Assembly: GCA_030698385.1 (NCBI GenBank)
Contig: JAUYLZ010000027.1
Span: 1-61,899 of the forward strand
Direction of reading: 5' to 3'
Origin: a bacterium
GTDB taxonomy: Bacteria > Patescibacteriota > Patescibacteriia > Patescibacteriales > XYC2-FULL-47-12
Length of the DNA stretch: 61,899 bases
Every line of letters begins with the position of its first letter. Within the stretch, counting starts at the first letter, position 1. A program made the position numbers and the translations under genes. Positions 53,954-61,022 of the stretch are shown one piece after another. Under the pieces are notes generated by a model. It had not been told where the DNA came from, did not search any database, and worked only from the letters and a program-made list of their open reading frames with translations.

Positions 53954-55185
53954 ACCCTACAAACATCTCAACTATTGCCCGGGTCATAATTGACGTGACG
54001 CGTCGATGTAATTTGAGTTGCTGGTATTGTCATTCCACATCCGGTCCTGAATATCGAGGTCCGGAAATTGATGTTACCCGCATTCCCAACATTTTTGATA
54101 CTGCGGAACAGCTCAAGGTATTTGAAATAACCATCACTGGCGGTGAACCAATTTTGTGGAGAGGGTTACCATTGCTGATGGAAAACTCTCATCGTCTTGA
54201 GTTTACGAAGTTGCAAATCATCACGAACGCAACCTTGATATCGACGGAGATCGTCAAAATCCTACGACGAGCGAATTTGAGTAGGATTTGCGTAAGTTTA
54301 GACGGGGTCGAGCACTTACATGCGAAAAATAGGGGAAAGGGCATGTATGAACAGACGATCGCCGGTATTCAACGGTTACGTGAAGTCGTTGATAACATTA
54401 CGGTTATCTCAGTATTGGACAATTTGAATTGTTCATACTGGTCGGAACTAACCGAAGTGTTGATTAAGGCAGGGGTTAAACAACACCACTTAGCGCCGGT
54501 GTGTTTTTCCGGCAATGCCATGGAACGGTATCGAGGACTTAGCCAACAGCAATTCGCTGAAGTACGCGAGCAAGTTGAAGCCATCTCAAGATCATTGCCC
54601 GATGGGTACTTAGTGGCGTTTAATGATTCCCTCGTAAATGGTCTCCGGTCCCGTTATATGACGTTACAGATATTCACTGAACAGTTTAAAGGTTGGCATA
54701 TCGTTATCCGACCCACTGGTCAGGTGAATACATCTGTCAATGGATGGGGCCGAAGCTGGAGAGCAGTAGCAATGATCGGCGACATAAACCAAGCGCCACT
54801 TTCGCAACTAATACAAGGGTATAGCGCCACGATCAACGAAGCGTTGCGAACCCAATTCTCACACTCAGAGGAAATTCGTCGCAAGTTTCATGTTTCTGCT
54901 ACTCAGGAAGATGTTCTGAGTGATATTACTGATGTTCGGTGCACTGAAACGGGATTCGGTACCGATACTTGTGATGCCCAAATTTCTCGTCAGGCGGATG
55001 AAATAGTGCTGCCAGCGGCTTTGGGCATTAATCTCGACGATCTGAAAATACTTATAGCGGCCAACCCCGACCGTTACAGGTTGCGACGAGAGGATGGCTT
55101 TTGGCTACTCTTCGATACGACAACTTTCAACGTTTGCATTTTGAACAATCAAGAGATATTAGAGGTGAAAGGAGTAAATCCATGA
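53950..55185 (+). CDS. Radical SAM enzyme (unassigned subfamily)
   Basis: Start moved to the ATG that overlaps the upstream stop (ATGA). 411 aa with CNLSCWYC (CxxxCxxC) at residues 19-26 and the GGEP motif ITGGEPILW. No clear SPASM Cys cluster. Confidence 0.8.
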   Translation: MNPTNISTIARVIIDVTRRCNLSCWYCHSTSGPEYRGPEIDVTRIPNIFDTAEQLKVFEITITGGEPILWRGLPLLMENSHRLEFTKLQIITNATLISTEIVKILRRANLSRICVSLDGVEHLHAKNRGKGMYEQTIAGIQRLREVVDNITVISVLDNLNCSYWSELTEVLIKAGVKQHHLAPVCFSGNAMERYRGLSQQQFAEVREQVEAISRSLPDGYLVAFNDSLVNGLRSRYMTLQIFTEQFKGWHIVIRPTGQVNTSVNGWGRSWRAVAMIGDINQAPLSQLIQGYSATINEALRTQFSHSEEIRRKFHVSATQEDVLSDITDVRCTETGFGTDTCDAQISRQADEIVLPAALGINLDDLKILIAANPDRYRLRREDGFWLLFDTTTFNVCILNNQEILEVKGVNP

Positions 55186-56135
55186 AAGTGCTGGTTACGG
55201 GCGGGGTCGGTTTCGTCGGAGTGCATCTTTTGCCCTGGCTAGAACACGACTCTGCGATTGAAAGCGTTGTGATTCTGGATAGCCTGTGTTATACCTCAAT
55301 TCCCTCAGTCCTTCACGGATTGTCTGATAAATTCAAATTTATCAAAGGGGATATTTGCGAGGTTACACGCGTGGCTGATCTAGTATCAACCGTCGATGTA
55401 GTTATCAACCTTGCCGCCCAGACTTTTGTTGATAATGCTATCAACGATAGTCTGCCATTTGTCATGACTAATATTTTTGGATTGGCGTCAATCTTGGAGG
55501 CTATTCGTAAGGATAAGTGTCGGCAGCGGCTGGTTCACATCTCTACCGATGAAGTGTGGGGAGAAGCTTTGGTTGGGAGTTTTAATGAGGAATCTCCCTA
55601 TCATCCGCGCAACCCATATTCGGCGACAAAAGCAGCAGCCGACCACATGATTAGGGCTTATGGATCGACGTATGGTCTCCGGTATAACATCATTCACTTC
55701 CCCAATTTGTATGGGAGATGGCAGTATCCAGAAAAACTCATTCCGGCTACGATTGCTCGGTTGTCGCGCGACGAAAAAGCGCGCATCTACGGCGATGGTC
55801 AGCAAACCCGTACCTGGTTGCACGTCAATGATGCGGTGGACGGATTGTTGCGAGTTTTCCATCACGCGACAATGAGAACCTACACGCTCGGTACGGATGA
55901 TGTGTGGACGAATCTTGATGTAGTTAAACTCATCTGCCGTTTGATGGGAAAAGATGAAACCTCAATTGAATTCGTCGAAGATAGGTTGGGCCATGATCGC
56001 CACTACGTGGTTGATTGTAGTCGGATTTGCCAAGAGCTCAATTGGCGACCGACAATCAAGTTTGAAGTCGGCGTTGCTGATATCATTGCTTGGTTTAAGG
56101 CGCACCAAAGATGGTGGGAGACGGCCCATCAATGA
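55182..56135 (+). CDS. rfbB: NDP-hexose (dTDP-glucose-type) 4,6-dehydratase
   Basis: Start moved to MKVLVTGG, overlapping the upstream stop (ATGA). 317 aa with TGGVGFVG, STDEVWG and YSATKAAADH (YxxxK). Confidence 0.85.
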   Translation: MKVLVTGGVGFVGVHLLPWLEHDSAIESVVILDSLCYTSIPSVLHGLSDKFKFIKGDICEVTRVADLVSTVDVVINLAAQTFVDNAINDSLPFVMTNIFGLASILEAIRKDKCRQRLVHISTDEVWGEALVGSFNEESPYHPRNPYSATKAAADHMIRAYGSTYGLRYNIIHFPNLYGRWQYPEKLIPATIARLSRDEKARIYGDGQQTRTWLHVNDAVDGLLRVFHHATMRTYTLGTDDVWTNLDVVKLICRLMGKDETSIEFVEDRLGHDRHYVVDCSRICQELNWRPTIKFEVGVADIIAWFKAHQRWWETAHQ

Positions 56136-56164
56136 AAACAACTTTGCAAAAAGCAAATGTATCG

Positions 56165-56205
56165 GGGTTCTACAATTAAAAAAAGAGATTGTAGAACCCT
56201 TTTTA
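56165..56205. terminator. Bidirectional rho-independent terminator
   Basis: GGGTTCTACAAT-N11-ATTGTAGAACCC + T-run. Confidence 0.7.
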
Positions 56206-57219
56206 TTTTGTTATTTGAGTTTTATTTACTTTCTTTACTACTGATTCCAGACGCGGCATCAGCGATTCAAATAGCTCGAAATAATGTTTTCTATTATTTA
56301 AAAAATCGTTCACTATTTCTTGCCGTGTTATTGCATTAGTTTTCCAATCATAGATTTCCTGAATGAATTTATAATCTTCAGGTATATGGTGTTTATAGAA
56401 ATTTAGTACCTCTGATTTTTGGTAGGTGAAATTACCGGAGTTAATGTATGTTTTAGAAGCAACAGCGTCACGCAGGCACCGTACCGCCCATTTGACCCAT
56501 TGGATTTGCCCGCTTTTTTTTATTTTAAAATCATCATAGGTGTCATTTTTTAAAAATTGATAAATCTCAAAAGGCAGTGCATCAAGATATCTTTTTTTAT
56601 AAAAAGAAACTAGCGGTGGAAATTTTTTTCCTCTGATATTATCTCGAGTTTTTTTTAGCCATTTTTTTGGATCGTAAAGAATGTTAGATTGCAGCAGAAT
56701 CGCATGCTCAACTGTTGCAAATATATTGAGATTTTGTAACTCAAACATGGTGTATCGGTAATCAGCAAGCCCAAATTCAATGTTTATATTGACTTGCGCA
56801 CTTATTTTTTCAGCAAGCGGTTTATTAAATGTTGCCCAATCATATTTTAGTTTAGGCGATGCGCCAAACTCTTTTTCAAATTCAGTGAAGCGGTTTTCAA
56901 GCGTATCTTGTTGCGATTGATCAAATCGTGCTATCACAGGTTGCCAAATATAATGCTTTGGATTTGATACATAGACGCGTGTATCAATGTCTGAAACTGG
57001 GGTCGCTTCATCTTTTGCGTATGAGCCAAATTCAACTATACCTATAATTTTCGTACTATTGCCGAGCTCCTTTTCGAGGGCTTTAACATAAGACATTAAG
57101 GCTTTTTTATTGCTTTTTAATGGTGAATGGTTAGAAGAGTGCATATTTTGTGTAATTGGCGATTGTGTCGGCTTTTTTTTCTCTATATCCTTGGCGCAGA
57201 TTTTTAGTTTGTAATCCAT
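56203..57219 (-). CDS. Pol-beta-superfamily nucleotidyltransferase (ANT/KNTase-like) with a helical C-terminal domain
   Basis: 338-aa ORF. IIGIVEFGSYAKDEATPVSDIDTRVYV matches the GS...DxD minimal NTase motif. An internal start is possible. Confidence 0.6.
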   Translation of the reverse strand: MDYKLKICAKDIEKKKPTQSPITQNMHSSNHSPLKSNKKALMSYVKALEKELGNSTKIIGIVEFGSYAKDEATPVSDIDTRVYVSNPKHYIWQPVIARFDQSQQDTLENRFTEFEKEFGASPKLKYDWATFNKPLAEKISAQVNINIEFGLADYRYTMFELQNLNIFATVEHAILLQSNILYDPKKWLKKTRDNIRGKKFPPLVSFYKKRYLDALPFEIYQFLKNDTYDDFKIKKSGQIQWVKWAVRCLRDAVASKTYINSGNFTYQKSEVLNFYKHHIPEDYKFIQEIYDWKTNAITRQEIVNDFLNNRKHYFELFESLMPRLESVVKKVNKTQITK

Positions 57220-57269
57220 ATAAGAGCATTATACTAATTATAGAGATTTTTTGCTATACTAAAATTACT

Positions 57270-57497
57270 ATGATTTACCTTATTAGTGGTTCATCGCGTT
57301 GCGGTAAGACAACATTAGCTCAATTTTTAAGTAAGCAATTGAGCATTCCCTGGCTGGCGACAGATACGCTTAAGTCAATAGTGTCGGAGTGTATTAGCTC
57401 TTCTGATTTTAACAAAATGTTTCCCAAAAGCGTGATGAGAAGACAGACTAAAAAAAGAAGAAATATGGCACTAAAAATATTAAAGTCATATTTTTAA
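57270..57497 (+). pseudogene. Truncated P-loop kinase/ATPase remnant
   Basis: TGcTATACT promoter at 57252-57260, then MIYLISGSSRCGKTTLAQFL (Walker A). The ORF ends after 75 aa and about 300 nt of non-coding DNA follow. Confidence 0.45.
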
Positions 57498-57723
57498 CGA
57501 AAACATGTACTTTGCCGAGCGGTAATTAATATAATAAAGCATGTGGCTGATAATTAGTCTAAATTTATAACCGCAAAAAATTCTAATTAAAAGAATATGG
57601 CAAAAAGGGACACTGTGTTATTTGGATTGAAAGCTTATGAAGATATTATGGGGTTTAAGGCAAGAAAAGTTAATTGAGGCAGAGCCGCATCTTAACTTAT
57701 ATTATTAGGGCTTTTTCATTTGC

Positions 57724-57755
57724 CAAAAATATGGTATTTTAGTAGTAGCAAATAG
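57724..57755. repeat. Right copy of the roughly 32-bp direct repeat
   Basis: CAAAAATATGGTATTTTAGTAGTAGCAAATAG. Confidence 0.8.
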
Positions 57756-57796
57756 AGCGTAGTTTAAAGATTGCTAATAAAGCCATAAATAATTTC

Positions 57797-58132
57797 ATGC
57801 CTATGTCATTAGTAAATAAACACTGCGTTCCCTGCGAGGGCGGCGTTGCACCGCTTGTGGGCGTTGAACTGAATAATTATCTAAACGAGGCCAAGAACTG
57901 GAGTTTAAGCGAAGATAGTAAAAAAATCAGCCGTGATTTTGTTTTTAAAAACTTTAAACAAGCTTTGGATTTTGTAAACAAAATCGGAGCAGTCGCTGAA
58001 ACGCAGCAACACCACCCGGATATTTTTTTGCATGAGTACAAGCTTGTCGCTATAACGTTGTGGACGCACGCGATTGGCGGTTTGAGCGAAAATGATTTTA
58101 TTATGGCTGCCAAAATTGATCAGTTAGTTTAA
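57797..58132 (+). CDS. phhB: Pterin-4a-carbinolamine dehydratase (PCD/DCoH)
   Basis: 111-aa ORF with CVPCEGG near the N-terminus and the HHPDI...W.TH motif. Confidence 0.85.
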   Translation: MPMSLVNKHCVPCEGGVAPLVGVELNNYLNEAKNWSLSEDSKKISRDFVFKNFKQALDFVNKIGAVAETQQHHPDIFLHEYKLVAITLWTHAIGGLSENDFIMAAKIDQLV

Positions 58133-58186
58133 AAATAAAACACATACAGAAAAGAGGTGAGCATCTAATTTATTCGAAAAAATATT

Positions 58187-58747
58187 ATGTTAAAAAAAAG
58201 AGTTTTATTTTTAGTTATCATCCTTGCGGTTTCCGCCTGCGGGAGAGATTTAAAAAATAACTCTTTTGAAGAAGACTCTGCTTCATTATCTCAAGATAAG
58301 AGCAAAAAACCTTTTTACTCAGGTTTAAAAGAAAATCGCGAAGCTGTTTTGGAGCAAGCGCAAAAAAATTTGAATGAACAAAAAGAAAATAACATCTATC
58401 CGGGAGATTGGCCGGTTGACGCCACCAGTGATAAAAGTAGCGCTAATATAGAACCTTCAGAAGATACGCTACAGATTAGAAATTTTTTAGTTTCTGCCGG
58501 CAATTATGAACTGGATCCTCCTGAAATTCGCGCCAAGCTGGGAGAAGCGGTCGGGATAACTTTTAAAAGTATAAACGGCTCGCATAGCTTCGTAATTGAA
58601 GAATTAAGTGTAAAAAGTAAAACTATTGATGCGGGCGAATCGGTGAGTGTTAATTTTATTGCCAGCAAAACAGGCAGCTTTGAGTTCTATTGCGGCGTTG
58701 GTAATCATAGAGAATTGGGAATGGTCGGCACACTGGTTATTGAATAG
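58187..58747 (+). CDS. Cupredoxin-domain lipoprotein (type 1 copper site)
   Basis: 186-aa ORF with lipobox LAVSAC and Cu ligands H (GSHSF) and C-x4-H-x4-M (YCGVGNHRELGM). Confidence 0.75.
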   Translation: MLKKRVLFLVIILAVSACGRDLKNNSFEEDSASLSQDKSKKPFYSGLKENREAVLEQAQKNLNEQKENNIYPGDWPVDATSDKSSANIEPSEDTLQIRNFLVSAGNYELDPPEIRAKLGEAVGITFKSINGSHSFVIEELSVKSKTIDAGESVSVNFIASKTGSFEFYCGVGNHRELGMVGTLVIE

Positions 58748-58860
58748 AAATTTTTCGTAATTTGACTCTATTAGTAAAAAAATATAGAATATGCTAATAT
58801 TATTAGTGTAAATCAACGCTTGTTGATAACTTATTTATTATTTACTTAAAAAGTAAATTT

Positions 58861-59142
58861 ATGGCAAAAATGACAAAGGGCCAATTGTTTCAATCATTGG
58901 CTGAATCAACCGGAATGAGTAAAAAGGAGGTTGGAAATTTTCTTGACCAGCTAACCAGTTTGGCTTACAAAGAAGTCAAGAGCAGTGGCGAGTTCGTCTT
59001 GCCAGGCATGGGCAAATTAGTAAAAGTTGACCGTAAGGCTCGCATGGGCCGCAATCCCGCCACTGGCGAGGAGATAAAGATTCCGGCTAAAACAGTGGTA
59101 AAATTCCGTGTTGCCAAAGCCGCTAAGGATGCAGTACTCTAA
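58861..59142 (+). CDS. hup: DNA-binding protein HU
   Basis: 93-aa ORF with the HU/IHF signature (GFG.F....R.AR.GRNP.TGE.I.I). Confidence 0.92.
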   Translation: MAKMTKGQLFQSLAESTGMSKKEVGNFLDQLTSLAYKEVKSSGEFVLPGMGKLVKVDRKARMGRNPATGEEIKIPAKTVVKFRVAKAAKDAVL

Positions 59143-59260
59143 GTATTCTTGATAGGTTTATTGCCAATAAAAAAGAACCGCCATAGCGATACGGCGGTTT
59201 TTTTATTCCTCGTATAAGTATAAAGATCTAATTTTAGGGTAGTTTAGGGGTGTTTTATTA

Positions 59261-59315
59261 TCCCGAGTACTCCCGAGTACTCGGTATTGACAAATTTAAA
59301 AAATTAATGTATAAT
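59261..59315 (+). promoter_or_regulatory. Consensus promoter with abutting palindromic operator and a duplicated half-site
   Basis: TCCCGAGTAC x2, then palindrome TCCCGAGTACTCGGTA (59271-59286) + TTGACA (59287-59292) + 17 nt + TATAAT (59310-59315). Confidence 0.7.
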
Positions 59316-59365
59316 AAATACGCACATTAACAATTTCATAGAATTCACAGAAAGCGAGAAAAATC

Positions 59366-60631
59366 ATGAAAAAATCTTTGTTTTTTGTTTTTATTGTTTT
59401 TATTGTAAATACAACGGTAGTGGCAAACACTACCATGAGTATTCACTTCTTTTCTGAGGGATTCAGAGAAGAATTAGAGTATCAATCTTTAATTAGCGAT
59501 GTAATAGCTGGTGCTACAGAATTCTTAAAGTCTGAACTAGACAGCTATCATCGTCGTTTCGCCTTTCTACCTCATTTTATTGCCAGTCGAGATTCCGGTA
59601 TCAGCTGGCCGGATGTAAAAAATGAAACGGCGCTTGGTGTTGCTGTTACCAAGCAAAGCTGGCCTTATCCGGCATTTCAGGATAAGAACAAGCTGGAGTA
59701 TATGAAACAGCTTGCCGGTCAAGTCTCTAGCAGTATCACGGATAACGATTTTTTCGTTGTTGTACTAAATGACGAAAATGTCAGTGAATGTCGGAGTAAT
59801 GGTGTTGTCTTTTTAAGACGATCTCATCCGGCTAACATGGTGTTTCAGCTGATTCATGAGTTGGGACATCAAATCGCCGAACTCGCCGATGCCTATCGGG
59901 CATTCGGTCCGGTCGGCGCCGGCATTAATGCCATGCTCGCTATTAATATTGCAGGCAGGGAACAGGTGGGCAATTTACCTTGGCAAGCTCTCATACCTGA
60001 AAATGTCCCCGTTCCCACAAGTAATATCCCGTATTTTTACGGAGAAGATCAGGAATATATGTTTTTTATTCCTGAAGAGAGTTACTTGGAAGAGGTAGGG
60101 GCATTCACCGAAAACGGAAACTTAATTATTCCGTCGCCGTTCAGTATAATGGCAGTACGGGACTATGGCCTTGTGCTGAATGCCACCGGTGAAGTGGTTG
60201 TAACTGGTGGTAACCCACTACAGTTTAACGCGGTGGAGAAACACGCTTGGCTGATTCAGGCGCTGGCACGGACTAATTTTGTCCGCCGTCAGTACCAAAC
60301 TGAGACAACCGTTGGCCTTGATCTTCTACCCGCGCCCGACGGGTATGAAATTAAGTGGTTTTTTAACGGCCGATATATCTCTTGGATTGATGACAAAAGA
60401 GAAGTAAATATCCAGGATATTGCTTGGATATTAGAGATGAACGGCATTGACGCCGAACAGCCACTTCAGGTGGAGGCTGTCATAGTTGATAAGTACGCCC
60501 AAGGTTATTTGGTATATAATCCATATAACCTAGAGTGGGCGAGCGAGCCGCATAAAGCGGCCTACTATGCTCTCTTTCGCGGGGAACCAGAACAATTCTA
60601 TCAAAAGGAATTGATCTGGGTTTTACAATAA
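59366..60631 (+). CDS. Secreted zinc metallopeptidase-like protein (M64-like HExxH...DAY)
   Basis: 421-aa ORF with a signal peptide. IHELGHQIAELADAY resembles the M64 HEFGH..LADEY motif. Confidence 0.55.
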   Translation: MKKSLFFVFIVFIVNTTVVANTTMSIHFFSEGFREELEYQSLISDVIAGATEFLKSELDSYHRRFAFLPHFIASRDSGISWPDVKNETALGVAVTKQSWPYPAFQDKNKLEYMKQLAGQVSSSITDNDFFVVVLNDENVSECRSNGVVFLRRSHPANMVFQLIHELGHQIAELADAYRAFGPVGAGINAMLAINIAGREQVGNLPWQALIPENVPVPTSNIPYFYGEDQEYMFFIPEESYLEEVGAFTENGNLIIPSPFSIMAVRDYGLVLNATGEVVVTGGNPLQFNAVEKHAWLIQALARTNFVRRQYQTETTVGLDLLPAPDGYEIKWFFNGRYISWIDDKREVNIQDIAWILEMNGIDAEQPLQVEAVIVDKYAQGYLVYNPYNLEWASEPHKAAYYALFRGEPEQFYQKELIWVLQ

Positions 60632-60650
60632 ATAGTTGATATTTTGGGCA

Positions 60651-60690
60651 GCCGCCACAGTTATTACCTAACTTGTGGCGGCTCTTTTTT
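60651..60690 (+). terminator. Rho-independent terminator
   Basis: GCCGCCACA-N14-TGTGGCGGC followed by a T6 run. Confidence 0.75.
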
Positions 60691-60710
60691 ATTAAAATAA
60701 CTATTTTAAG

Positions 60711-60719
60711 TTATCCACA
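60711..60719 (+). promoter_or_regulatory. Perfect DnaA box
   Basis: TTATCCACA. Confidence 0.5.
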
Positions 60720-60808
60720 TTAATTCTCCAAAAGCTTCGCATGGCGGCGGGCGAGATGAAGTATTGAGAAAATATAGTTAAAAATCAAGTATTTTTATAT
60801 AAATTAGC

Positions 60809-60817
60809 TGTGGATAA
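60809..60817 (-). promoter_or_regulatory. Perfect DnaA box (inverted)
   Basis: TGTGGATAA, 6 nt upstream of a TTGACA -35. Confidence 0.5.
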
Positions 60818-60823
60818 GTTATA

Positions 60824-60852
60824 TTGACAGGTGAACGATTGTACACTAAACT
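60824..60852 (+). promoter_or_regulatory. Promoter with an SOS-box-like dyad in the spacer
   Basis: TTGACA (60824-60829) + 17 nt + TAAACT. The spacer contains GAAC-GATT-GTAC (60833-60844), one mismatch from GAAC-N4-GTTC. Confidence 0.4.
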
Positions 60853-60987
60853 ATAAATATACTTTTTATTTCATTAAAAAAAGTGATGACGAGGAGGGAT
60901 GAGCGGCAACGTTCACATCACTTGCCCCGCTCCGACAAGAAAAAGTTCGGAGCGGGTTCCTCCCACAATTACTACTAAAGTTTAATT

Positions 60988-61016
60988 TTGCAATCTGAAA
61001 TTTAAAATTATAAATT
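60988..61016 (+). promoter_or_regulatory. Promoter positioned for a leaderless lexA mRNA (TTGCAATCTGAAAT motif)
   Basis: TTGCAA (60988-60993) + 17 nt + TAAATT (61011-61016) + 6 nt + ATG (61023). Confidence 0.5.
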
Positions 61017-61022
61017 ACCTTT

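Noticed and set aside
60711-60817. Two perfect DnaA boxes considered as evidence for oriC.
   Set aside because: There are only two boxes. I see no AT-rich unwinding element with 13-mer-like repeats and no dnaA or dnaN nearby. A regulatory role at the adjacent promoter seems more likely.
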